From contig CBEUCH010000023.1 in the NCBI GenBank assembly GCA_965541585.1, forward strand, positions 1 to 38,435: DNA of 38,435 nt, in the 5' to 3' direction. Below, piece by piece: positions 18,389 to 27,515 of the stretch. The number at the start of each line of letters is the position of its first letter. Positions within the stretch are counted from its first letter, which is position 1. A program made the translations under genes and the position numbers. The stretch comes from an uncultured bacterium (GTDB taxonomy: Bacteria; Zixibacteria; MSB-5A5; UBA10806). The notes under the pieces are model-generated. The model was not told where the DNA came from. It searched no databases and was given only the letters and a program-made list of their open reading frames with translations.

Positions 18389-20095
18389 GTGGATTTGAAG
18401 TGGGTCGTTCAGCCTGAGACTGATCACAAAATCGCACGCAAGCTATCTGACGAACTAAATATCTCTCATATCGCCTCAAAAATCCTGGTCAGCCGGGGAC
18501 TGCAGGAAACGAGACAGGCTAAAAGCTTTTTGGAGCCGAGTCTCTCGGATTTATTCGATCCATTCTTATTATCGCAAATGGATCGCGCCGTGGATCGAGT
18601 CGTTGAAGCATTGAAAGGCAATCAGCAAATCATGGTCTACGGCGATTATGATGTCGATGGCATTACGAGCACGGCATTGATATTTCTCGTGCTAAACAGG
18701 CTCGGAGCGAATATTTCTTATTATCTTCCCAACAGGCTGGTCGAGGGATATGGAATATCTGAGGACGGGCTGCAGGAAGCCAAAAAACGTAACATCGATT
18801 TATTGATAACGGTAGATTGCGGTATTACGGCGGTGGAGGAGTTTACATTCGCCAAAAAGATGGGAATCGACTGTATCATTACAGATCATCATGAACCGAG
18901 CGACCGTATCCCCGATGTTCACGCCATAGTCAACGCCAAGCTCGACGGTCCGGACAATCCTGGTTTTGAGCTCTCGGCCGTGGGCGTGGCCTATAAGTTG
19001 GCGCAAGCCCTCTATCGTCGGCTGGGGCAGGATGAGTCGGAGCTTGAGCAGCATCTGGACCTGGTGGCGATGGGGACTGCTGCGGACATTGTGCCCATGG
19101 TAGGCGAAAATCGGATCCTGACGAAATTCGGATTGGATCAGATCGCCAGGACCACCAAGCCCGGTCTGAAAGCTCTGATCTTTATTGCCGGGCTCATGGG
19201 GCAGAATATAGGCACCGGGCAGGTGGTATTCATTCTGGCACCTCGGATAAACGCAATCGGGCGTCTGGGGGATGCCGAACAAGCCATTAAACTTTTGACC
19301 ACCAAGGATGACGACAAAGCGGCCTCCATCGCCCGCATTCTTAACGCGGAAAACAAGCGACGTAAGGATATCGACGAGCAGACTTTGAATGAAGCTTTAG
19401 AGATGATAGAACAGGATATCGATATGGATCGCCGGAGCGCCATCGTCCTGGCATCCAGGGGATGGCATCAGGGAGTTATAGGCATAGTCGCCTCGCGTCT
19501 GGTGGAGCGTTACCACCGGCCTACAGTGATGATTGCAATCGATGGCGAAGAGGGCAAGGGATCGGCCCGCTCTATTCCCGGATTTCACCTGTATGAAGCT
19601 TTAAAAGAATGCGAGTCTGATCTGATCCGGTATGGTGGCCATAAGTATGCCGCCGGGCTGTTAATCGCCCCCGAGAGAATAGAATCATTTAGAGAACGGT
19701 TAAATTCGGTTACTGATAGGATGCTCTCTCATGATGATCTGGTGCCCAAATTGAACATCGACGCTGAAATAGAGCTCGAGTCAATCGACAGCAGCCTGGT
19801 AGACGTTCTCGAACAGTTCGCACCTTTCGGCCCGCAGAATATGCGGCCGGTGTTTGTTACCTATGGCAGCGAAATTGTCGGCACGCCGCATATTGTCGGA
19901 CAGAGACATCTGAAATTCAAGGTTCGCAAGGGCGAAAAGATAATCGATTGCATCGGGTTCAATCAGGGCGATTTCTTAAAGAACTTAAACTTTCGCCCTA
20001 TGCTGATCGATATGACCTACGTTCTGGAAAACAACTACTGGAACGGCGTCAATAGAATTCAGATCCGCACCAAGGATATCCGGCTCACGGGATGA
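18389..20095 (+). CDS. recJ: Single-stranded-DNA exonuclease RecJ
   Basis: YGDYDVDG, TVDCG, TDHH, ADIVP, PRINAIGR, GSARS, GGHKYAAG, PFGPQN. Confidence 0.97.
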   Translation: MDLKWVVQPETDHKIARKLSDELNISHIASKILVSRGLQETRQAKSFLEPSLSDLFDPFLLSQMDRAVDRVVEALKGNQQIMVYGDYDVDGITSTALIFLVLNRLGANISYYLPNRLVEGYGISEDGLQEAKKRNIDLLITVDCGITAVEEFTFAKKMGIDCIITDHHEPSDRIPDVHAIVNAKLDGPDNPGFELSAVGVAYKLAQALYRRLGQDESELEQHLDLVAMGTAADIVPMVGENRILTKFGLDQIARTTKPGLKALIFIAGLMGQNIGTGQVVFILAPRINAIGRLGDAEQAIKLLTTKDDDKAASIARILNAENKRRKDIDEQTLNEALEMIEQDIDMDRRSAIVLASRGWHQGVIGIVASRLVERYHRPTVMIAIDGEEGKGSARSIPGFHLYEALKECESDLIRYGGHKYAAGLLIAPERIESFRERLNSVTDRMLSHDDLVPKLNIDAEIELESIDSSLVDVLEQFAPFGPQNMRPVFVTYGSEIVGTPHIVGQRHLKFKVRKGEKIIDCIGFNQGDFLKNLNFRPMLIDMTYVLENNYWNGVNRIQIRTKDIRLTG

Positions 20096-20162
20096 TCCCC
20101 CGTTGAATTATATAATATAATTTTTATGGTTGTTATGTTGGGAAATTGCAGCGGTAATTGAA

Positions 20163-21332
20163 ATGACTGAGGCATTAATCAGCGGCTCCGCGGGAATTCT
20201 TTTTGTACTGGCTGCAAACGCCGCCTTCTGGTTCTATCTTGAAAGACTGACCGGCTGGCGGATTTTCAATTTCTTTCCACCTTTGATTTTTATCTATGTC
20301 ATGCCGGCTGTTTTTTCCAATATCGGGATCATACCAGGCAAGTCAGCGGCCTACGATTGGATGGGGGCGAATCTATTGCCTCTTTTCCTGGCGCTACTAC
20401 TTCTGGATGTCGACGTCCGATCCACGATAAAGGTAATGGGACGGGGCGTATTCGTGATGCTGGTCGGGACGCTGGGGGTCATCGTAGGTGCGCCTATCGG
20501 CTATGCAATATTCAAAGGCTGGCTCGGGCCCGAGGCCTGGAAAGGATACGGCGCCCTGGCCGGGTCGTGGATAGGCGGCACCGGTAATATGGCGGCAGTC
20601 TCCGAGGGACTGGGCACATCCGGGACCTATTTCGGACTCGCCGTTATAGCTGATAACGTCGTTTACCTGGTCTGGCTGCCGATTCTGTTACAATCGAAAA
20701 ATCTGGCCGGTCTGTTTCATCGTTTTACCGGAGTTTCTCAGGAGCGTCTCGATCGCATGAAGACCGCGGCCAATGATCTCGTCGTCGATAAAGGCAAACC
20801 GGCTATGCGGCATATCCTATATCTGATCACAATCGGCCTGGGCGTGGCCTTTTTTTCCGATGCCATATCGAAATTGATTCCGGAGATACCGCCCATTCTT
20901 ACGACCGGTACATATAAAATTCTTCTGGTGACGACCATTGGTTTGATGTTGTCATTTACGCCTTTAAGAAGGATTCCCGGCAGCCACGAGCTGGCCATGG
21001 CTCTGGTGTATCTGTTTGTGGCGCGAATGGGGGCCAAGGCCGTCGTCTCCGGCCTGGCGGGGCAGGCGATACCGTTTGTGGCGGGCGCATATGTCTGGAT
21101 CTTCATCCACGGCTTTTTCATACTGCTGGCGGCCCGTATATTCAGGGTCGACGTTCATACGGCAGCTATAGCGAGTGCCGCCAATATCGGCGGAGCGGCC
21201 TCGGCGCCAATCGTGGCGGCCTTCCATGACGAACGGCTGGTGCCGGTCAGCGTGCTGATGGCCCTGATAGGGTATGCGGTGGGCAATTATGGCGCCTTCG
21301 CGGCGGCCTGGCTCTGCAGCCTGGTAGCCTGA
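20163..21332 (+). CDS. DUF819-family integral membrane protein
   Basis: GALAGSWIGGTGNMAAV, IASAANIGGAASAPIVA, IGYAVGNY, many TM segments. Confidence 0.85.
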   Translation: MTEALISGSAGILFVLAANAAFWFYLERLTGWRIFNFFPPLIFIYVMPAVFSNIGIIPGKSAAYDWMGANLLPLFLALLLLDVDVRSTIKVMGRGVFVMLVGTLGVIVGAPIGYAIFKGWLGPEAWKGYGALAGSWIGGTGNMAAVSEGLGTSGTYFGLAVIADNVVYLVWLPILLQSKNLAGLFHRFTGVSQERLDRMKTAANDLVVDKGKPAMRHILYLITIGLGVAFFSDAISKLIPEIPPILTTGTYKILLVTTIGLMLSFTPLRRIPGSHELAMALVYLFVARMGAKAVVSGLAGQAIPFVAGAYVWIFIHGFFILLAARIFRVDVHTAAIASAANIGGAASAPIVAAFHDERLVPVSVLMALIGYAVGNYGAFAAAWLCSLVA

Positions 21333-21334
21333 AT

Positions 21335-21425
21335 GAGATCGCTTCGTCCTGCGGACTCGCGATGACACCGAAAAAGAATCGTCATTGCGAGGAGTCCCGC
21401 TCAGGCGGGACGACGAAGCAATCTC
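21335..21425. repeat. Bipartite palindromic element (GTCATTGCGAG...GACGAAGCAATCTC type)
   Basis: Left arm GAGATCGCTTCGTC-N7-CTCGCGATGAC is the inverse of right arm GTCATTGCGAG-N20-GACGAAGCAATCTC, which contains the inner hairpin GTCCCGC-TCAG-GCGGGAC. Confidence 0.8.
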
Positions 21426-21495
21426 TATTTCAAAAGCACCATCTTGATATTTTCTGAATGCTCCCCCGCCTCCAGCCGCGCGAAATAATCAATGC

Positions 21496-21524
21496 TTGAC
21501 GATTTGCCTGCGCCCCGTTATGAT
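21496..21524 (+). promoter_or_regulatory. Sigma70-type promoter for the restriction-modification gene
   Basis: TTGACG-N17-TATGAT. Confidence 0.55.
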
Positions 21525-21581
21525 ATGATTGATATCGCACTATGTTAGGGGATACACACGCTTTAAGGGAAATGGCAAAGG

Positions 21582-24500
21582 ATGAAGAGGATTTTTCAAG
21601 AAGTAAAACCCTATAAACCCGAATTCCCCGATATCCTCTCCAGTTATCTCGAGCAAATTGAAGAGGCCATTAAGAAAAACAAACATCACGATTACAGGCG
21701 GCACCTCTTCCTGAATTTCCTGCGTCAAGGCTTCGATGTCGATCCTGTCGAGATTGTGTTAGAAGAAAAAATCAAAGCCGCAGAAGTCCGAGGCCGTATC
21801 GACGCACTATTTCGGACCGCCATTTTCGAATTTAAGACGAATTTAAGGATTGAAGCGCCAGCCGGGATAATTGAAATAAAGAAATATTTCGAAGCCCAGA
21901 GAAATCCGGCCAACTATCTTGCCATTCTCACTGACGGGAGATCATTCAAGCTTTTTCAATACGAAAACGGTGACCCTCACCCTATTGGGGATTTTTTACT
22001 ATCCAGAGAGAAGCCACTTCAAGCCTATGTAAGCATTGACCAAATATTGTTTTCAGGAAAACCAGCCAAACCGGAATCCGAGGACATAACCACCCGATTC
22101 GGCCCTCACAGCGCCGTTTTCAATCGCTGTCGGAGTCTCCTCGCCGGTTTGCTGGGAAAGGTCAAGGGGCATGCCAGCGTCAAGGTCAAGATCAAAGAAT
22201 GGAACGTCCTACTTTCCAGAGTATATGGCGAAGAGCTTGGCGATAATTCTCTTTTCATAAGGCATACTTACCTTGCCATTTTTTCTCGGCTTTTGGTGGC
22301 AAAAGCCCTGTTCGCTAAAGAGAAAAGACGCCCATCCGATTATAAGGGGCTCCTAACTGGCCAGTTTTTCCAAAAAAAGAATTTATCCAATGTCGTAGAA
22401 TCTGATTTCTTCAGTTGGGCATTGGGAACAGTAGTCGAAAAGGACTTCTTCGGCGTTATGGCCAAACTTGAAGCCTACCTTAGCTATTATGATCTGAGCG
22501 GGATCACTGGTGATATTCTCAAAGAAATATATGAGGATTTAGTGGAATTGGACAGCCGTCATGCGTTGGGGGAATACTATACGCCGGACTGGATCGCTGA
22601 TAGAGCCCTCGATTTGATTGAATATCGCGAAGGAGTCGTGCTTGATCCCGCATGTGGGTCCGGCTCTTTTCTTCTGGCAGTGATCAGGAAGCTGAGGGCG
22701 AACGGCACAAAAGGCAAAAAGCTGGTGCGCTCCGTTCTGGCGTCAATCGTGGGAATCGACGTTCACCCTCTCGCGGTAATGATGACCAAGGCCAATGTTC
22801 TACTTGGCATCTCAAATGAGCTTGCGACATATGACGATACGGTCTTTCTTCCTATCTATATGGCAGATACATTGCTCCTGACGGAAGATCCAAAACATAA
22901 GACCATCGGTGTACCTGTTTCGGAAAAACAGGCCTTTCATATACCCCTGAAAACCATTTTGGAGCGAAAAGACATTGACCAATTGCTAGATGATCTTACC
23001 CGAATGGCCGAACAAGCCGCGAAAGGCAAGGCGTTCCACGCCAGCGCAAGAGAAGGTCTCAAAAAGAGATTGTTCGCTGGTTTGAGCGATATTGAACAGC
23101 CCTATTGGCGTCAGAATTTCGAGCTGTTGACAAAGCTTATCAGATACAAGCGGAATACCGTTTGGCGATTTATCTTGAAGAATGCCTACAAACCTGCTTA
23201 TCTGCGAAACAAGAAAGTCGACTATATCGTGGGCAATCCACCATGGTTGGCTTATCGTTACATTAAGGACAAGGATTATAGGCAGCGGGTAAAGAAGCTT
23301 ACATTTGACCTGAAACTTCTGGGGAAAACGGAAGTCAAATTATTTACCCAGATGGACACGAGCACGCTGTTTTTTGCTTATTGTCAAAAGTATTTCCTCA
23401 AAAAAGGGGGCGCAATCGCCTTCGTCCTGCCTAAAACCACTATGCTACCGGCCAAGCAACATATTGCTTTTCAGAAAATGGGCTTTTCCCAAATACACGA
23501 TTTTTCCAAAGTTACCCCCCTCTTTAATGTTAGATCGGTTCTCCTGTTAAGAAAATCCGATAATGCTGTCAAAAGCAAAGTGCCTGTGACGCTGTATTCT
23601 GGAGTACTGCCTGTAAAGAATATGAGATGGAAAGAAGCTTCTTTTCATCTTGCCACCGCCTCGGGGACCTGGGACTTCCTGGATTCCGGCGTGCAATCTC
23701 CACATTACTACTCGAAGTTCTTTCAAGGCGCTACGATTGTCCCACGCTGTTTCTGGTTTGTGCATCCAGACCCCGCGGCCACTTCAAATCCAAAAGCGCC
23801 CTATTTGGAGACATCCCCCGAAGCCGAGAGCGAAGCCAAAGAAGCCTGGAAAATGAAAATTCAGGGTAGAGTTGAAAGCCAGTTTCTTTATGAGACTGTG
23901 CTTGCCAAAGGCATACTCCCATTTGCTATTTCAAGAAAAGAGACGGTCTTTTTGCCTCTTATGAAGAAACGCGACGGTATTCATATGGTTGATTCTCCTG
24001 CCTTATTGGCCGAGGACAAGCCTTATGCAGCGGAATGGATGCAGCGCGTGGAATCATTATGGAATGAAAGAGGCAGTGCGGAGAAGACTCCGCTTCATGC
24101 ATGGGTCAATTATAGAAACAAGATTATTACGCAGAACATTGATGCGCCCTACGTGGTTCTATACAATACATCCGGCACCAACCTTACGGCCGCTCTATAC
24201 ATCAATAGGAAGCAAACCCGGTCCGAAATTCGTGCTAATGGTTTTGTAACGGAATCTGTCACTTACTGTTTCTATCCCGTGAGCGAACGAGAGGGCGATT
24301 ACCTGTGTGCGTTCCTCAATTCTAATGTGGTTAACGACCTCATAAAAGCTTTTCAGCCTCAAGGGCTTTGGGGTCCGCGGCACATTCACAGAAGACCCTT
24401 TGAGGTTTGCGCGATACCGAAATTCGACTCGAATAATCCCAAGCACATAACGCTTGCTCGCCTGGGCCAAGAATGCCGCACAAAGATGTCAAAAATCGTT

Positions 24501-24674
24501 GGTCAAATGAGAGGCCGCCTCGGCGAGATGCGCACCGGCGCGCGCAAAATCATTCGAGATGATTTGAATAAGATAAACAGCCTCGTCGCTGACTTGCTTA
24601 AGGAACAAGGCCAGCAAGCCAAAGTACAATCGACCATAGATAAGTCCGCGGAGCAAAGCGGCTTATTTGATTGA
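21582..24674 (+). CDS. Single-chain restriction-modification enzyme (Type IIG-like): PD-(D/E)XK nuclease, N6-adenine methyltransferase, specificity region
   Basis: N-terminal GRIDALF..IFEFK, LGEYYTPDWIA, motif I VLDPACGSGSFL, motif IV IVGNPPW. Confidence 0.88.
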   Translation: MKRIFQEVKPYKPEFPDILSSYLEQIEEAIKKNKHHDYRRHLFLNFLRQGFDVDPVEIVLEEKIKAAEVRGRIDALFRTAIFEFKTNLRIEAPAGIIEIKKYFEAQRNPANYLAILTDGRSFKLFQYENGDPHPIGDFLLSREKPLQAYVSIDQILFSGKPAKPESEDITTRFGPHSAVFNRCRSLLAGLLGKVKGHASVKVKIKEWNVLLSRVYGEELGDNSLFIRHTYLAIFSRLLVAKALFAKEKRRPSDYKGLLTGQFFQKKNLSNVVESDFFSWALGTVVEKDFFGVMAKLEAYLSYYDLSGITGDILKEIYEDLVELDSRHALGEYYTPDWIADRALDLIEYREGVVLDPACGSGSFLLAVIRKLRANGTKGKKLVRSVLASIVGIDVHPLAVMMTKANVLLGISNELATYDDTVFLPIYMADTLLLTEDPKHKTIGVPVSEKQAFHIPLKTILERKDIDQLLDDLTRMAEQAAKGKAFHASAREGLKKRLFAGLSDIEQPYWRQNFELLTKLIRYKRNTVWRFILKNAYKPAYLRNKKVDYIVGNPPWLAYRYIKDKDYRQRVKKLTFDLKLLGKTEVKLFTQMDTSTLFFAYCQKYFLKKGGAIAFVLPKTTMLPAKQHIAFQKMGFSQIHDFSKVTPLFNVRSVLLLRKSDNAVKSKVPVTLYSGVLPVKNMRWKEASFHLATASGTWDFLDSGVQSPHYYSKFFQGATIVPRCFWFVHPDPAATSNPKAPYLETSPEAESEAKEAWKMKIQGRVESQFLYETVLAKGILPFAISRKETVFLPLMKKRDGIHMVDSPALLAEDKPYAAEWMQRVESLWNERGSAEKTPLHAWVNYRNKIITQNIDAPYVVLYNTSGTNLTAALYINRKQTRSEIRANGFVTESVTYCFYPVSEREGDYLCAFLNSNVVNDLIKAFQPQGLWGPRHIHRRPFEVCAIPKFDSNNPKHITLARLGQECRTKMSKIVGQMRGRLGEMRTGARKIIRDDLNKINSLVADLLKEQGQQAKVQSTIDKSAEQSGLFD

Positions 24675-24770
24675 CGACTGTTTTTTCTGCCTGTGCCGCC
24701 CCTTGTAATGATCTTTTTTTTATCTTATATTCACTTCTGGAGAACTGAGGATAAGGGATAGATCGAAAAG

Positions 24771-25706
24771 ATGTCCGTCCTAAAAAAATTCTACTCCGGC
24801 GATACGGTGGCACTGGCCCGGGTTATCACGCATATCGAGAACCGCGGGCCAGAGACCGATCAGATACTGGCCGAGCTTTACCCGAAAACAGGTAAGGCGC
24901 TGTCAATAGGGGTCACCGGGCCGCCCGGGTCAGGCAAGTCGACCATCGTCGATAAACTCTGCGCCCTGTTTACCGGGCGCGGGCAGACTGTCGGTGTGAT
25001 AGCAGTCGATCCCACGTCGCCCTTCACCGGCGGCGCGCTGTTGGGGGATAGGATCAGGATGCAGGATTTGACCGTCAACAAGGATGTCTTCATCCGAAGT
25101 ATGGCCAGCCGCGGTTCCACCGGCGGGCTGGCGGTGGCCACGTCCGAGGTGATAAAGGCGCTTGATGCTTTCGGCAAAGATATTATCCTGGTGGAGACGG
25201 TCGGCGTCGGCCAGGTGGAGCTCGACGTGGCCGAGGCCTGCGATATCACGCTGGTCACCCTGGTCCCGGAATCGGGCGATTCGGTGCAGGCTCTTAAAGC
25301 CGGCCTGATGGAGATCGCCGATATCTTCTGTGTCAACAAGGCTGATCGCGACGGCGCCAACCGGATCGTCTCGGAAATCAATATGATACTCGATATCAAA
25401 CGGGAGAGGACGAAAAGGGAAATTCCCGTCCTGCCGACTCAAGCCGTGAATAATATCGGTATCGATCTGTTGCTGGAGAAGATCGATATCGAAACGGAAA
25501 ATATCAAATCGGGCGATAATTATGAGAAACACCGCAAGAAAAAAATCCGTTATGATATTATGAAAACGGTAGAGCACAGATTTAAGGATATCCTGACAGA
25601 GGAGATTCTGCCGCGGGATAAACTCGATGGTTACGTTGATAAAATATACGGCGGGCAGGGCAATCCTTACGATCTTGCCCGGAGTATTATGGATAATTTG
25701 AAATGA
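24771..25706 (+). CDS. meaB: Acyl-CoA mutase-associated GTPase (MeaB/ArgK family)
   Basis: [52 protein letters not shown]. Confidence 0.95.
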   Translation: MSVLKKFYSGDTVALARVITHIENRGPETDQILAELYPKTGKALSIGVTGPPGSGKSTIVDKLCALFTGRGQTVGVIAVDPTSPFTGGALLGDRIRMQDLTVNKDVFIRSMASRGSTGGLAVATSEVIKALDAFGKDIILVETVGVGQVELDVAEACDITLVTLVPESGDSVQALKAGLMEIADIFCVNKADRDGANRIVSEINMILDIKRERTKREIPVLPTQAVNNIGIDLLLEKIDIETENIKSGDNYEKHRKKKIRYDIMKTVEHRFKDILTEEILPRDKLDGYVDKIYGGQGNPYDLARSIMDNLK

Positions 25707-27385
25707 GGGAATCGATGGATAAACCGACCAAATCAAAAAAGGGCAAATCCGCATATTCTAAATGGCTGGAGAATTTTGAGAAATCGGCCCCACGTAACGA
25801 TAAGAAATTCATGACCACATCATCGAGGCCGATCAAGCCGCTTTATTCCCCTGACGATGCGGCCGGTATTGATTTTGAAAAAGATATCGGTTATCCCGGC
25901 GAATTCCCATACACCAGGGGCGTTCATGCCTCCATGTATCGGGGCAGGCCCTGGACTATGAGGCAGTTTTCCGGTTTCGGCTCGCCGAAACAGACTAACG
26001 AGCGGTATCATTTCCTGCTCAAGAGGGGCCAGATGGGGCTTTCGGTGGCTTTCGATCTGCCGACCCTGATGGGATACGATTCGGATTCGCTCAGGTCCGC
26101 GGGTGAGGTTGGCGTCTGCGGCGTGGCGGTGGATACGCTCAAAGATATGGAGATCATCTTCGATGGTATCGACCTGGGCAGGATCTCGACCTCCATGACC
26201 ATCAACTGTACCTCGACGATTCTACTGGCCATGTATATTGCTGTTGCGGAGAAAGAGGGGGTGCCGTCGGAGAAGCTCACCGGGACTCTTCAAAACGATA
26301 TTTTAAAAGAATACATTGCCCAGAAGGAGTGGATTTATCCGCCGGAACCATCGATACGCCTGATCACCGACATGATGGCGTTCTGCGCTGATCACGTGCC
26401 GAAATGGAATACTATCTCGATTTCAGGCTATCATATCCGGGAGGCCGGGGCGACTGCCGCCCAGGAGCTGGCTTTTACGCTGGCTGACGGTTTCGCTTAC
26501 GTGGAAGCGGCAATCGAAGCGGGCCAGGATGTCGATACGTTTGCGCCCAGGCTTTCTCATTTCTTCAACTCCCATCTCGATTTCTTCGAGGAGATCGCCA
26601 AATACCGTGCTGCGCGCAGGATCTGGGCCCGGCATATGAAAGAGAAATACAAAGCCAAAGACCCCCGTTCCTGGCTGATGAGATTCCATACGCAAACGGC
26701 GGGGTGTTCTCTGACCGCTCAGCAGCCTGAAAACAATATCGTACGGACAGCATTTCAGGGACTGGCCGGTGTTCTGGGCGGTACTCAATCGCTGCATACC
26801 AACTCAATGGATGAGACCTACGCGCTACCATCCGAGAAGGCGGTGCATATCGCCCTGCGCACCCAGCAGATAATCGCCCATGAGAGCGGCGTAGCCAATA
26901 CTATCGATCCCTTAGCGGGATCTTATTTCATCGAGTCTCTTACCAACGAGCTCGAGCGTGAGGCCGAGGAGTATTTCGAGGAGATCGAAAAGCGCGGGGG
27001 AGTTCTCCAATGTATCGACCAGGGGTATTTCCAGCGTGAGATTGCCGAGTCGGCTTATAGATATCAAAAGGAGATCGAGGCCAAGGAGCGGATCATTGTC
27101 GGCATCAACGATTTCATCGAGGAAGATGAAAAAGTCGAGATCCCGCTTCTAAAGATCGATGAGCAGATAGAAAAAGACCAGATAGCCGCATTGAAAAAAG
27201 TTAAAGAAAGCCGCGATAACGACCGGGTGAAGACAACTCTGGCGGCCTTAAAGAAGGCGGCCCGTACGGGCGAAAACCATATGCCGCCGCTTCTGGATTG
27301 CATCCGCTGCTATACTACCGAAGAAGAGATAACATCGGTCTTAACCGAGGTCTTCGGCATATATACCGAGCCGCCGCTGATATAG
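25703..27385 (+). CDS. icmA: B12-dependent acyl-CoA mutase large subunit, isobutyryl-CoA mutase type
   Basis: [18 protein letters not shown] (Phe), [14 protein letters not shown] (Gln), [18 protein letters not shown]; no B12-binding domain. Confidence 0.8.
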   Translation: MRESMDKPTKSKKGKSAYSKWLENFEKSAPRNDKKFMTTSSRPIKPLYSPDDAAGIDFEKDIGYPGEFPYTRGVHASMYRGRPWTMRQFSGFGSPKQTNERYHFLLKRGQMGLSVAFDLPTLMGYDSDSLRSAGEVGVCGVAVDTLKDMEIIFDGIDLGRISTSMTINCTSTILLAMYIAVAEKEGVPSEKLTGTLQNDILKEYIAQKEWIYPPEPSIRLITDMMAFCADHVPKWNTISISGYHIREAGATAAQELAFTLADGFAYVEAAIEAGQDVDTFAPRLSHFFNSHLDFFEEIAKYRAARRIWARHMKEKYKAKDPRSWLMRFHTQTAGCSLTAQQPENNIVRTAFQGLAGVLGGTQSLHTNSMDETYALPSEKAVHIALRTQQIIAHESGVANTIDPLAGSYFIESLTNELEREAEEYFEEIEKRGGVLQCIDQGYFQREIAESAYRYQKEIEAKERIIVGINDFIEEDEKVEIPLLKIDEQIEKDQIAALKKVKESRDNDRVKTTLAALKKAARTGENHMPPLLDCIRCYTTEEEITSVLTEVFGIYTEPPLI

Positions 27386-27416
27386 ACGCAATGTAGACTA
27401 TGATGTGATGCAGATT

Positions 27417-27485
27417 GTCGGCAGACCCCGCGTTTCGCGGGGCCGACCTTCATTTCCCCCATACTGTAGGCGGGGAGTCCTACAG
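27417..27485. repeat. Two GC-rich hairpins between convergent genes (terminator or REP-like)
   Basis: GTCGG..CCCCGCG-TTT-CGCGGGG-CCGAC, and CTGTAGG-N8-CCTACAG. Confidence 0.55.
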
Positions 27486-27515
27486 AACCGTATGGACTTG
27501 TCTCCCCGCGGGTTG

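Noticed and set aside
17908..18479. Three minus-strand ORFs in the ORF track
   Set aside because: They are antisense shadows of the RNase P RNA gene.
25703..27385. Methylmalonyl-CoA mutase call
   Set aside because: It lacks the Tyr/Arg pair that binds the substrate carboxylate and has Phe/Gln instead.
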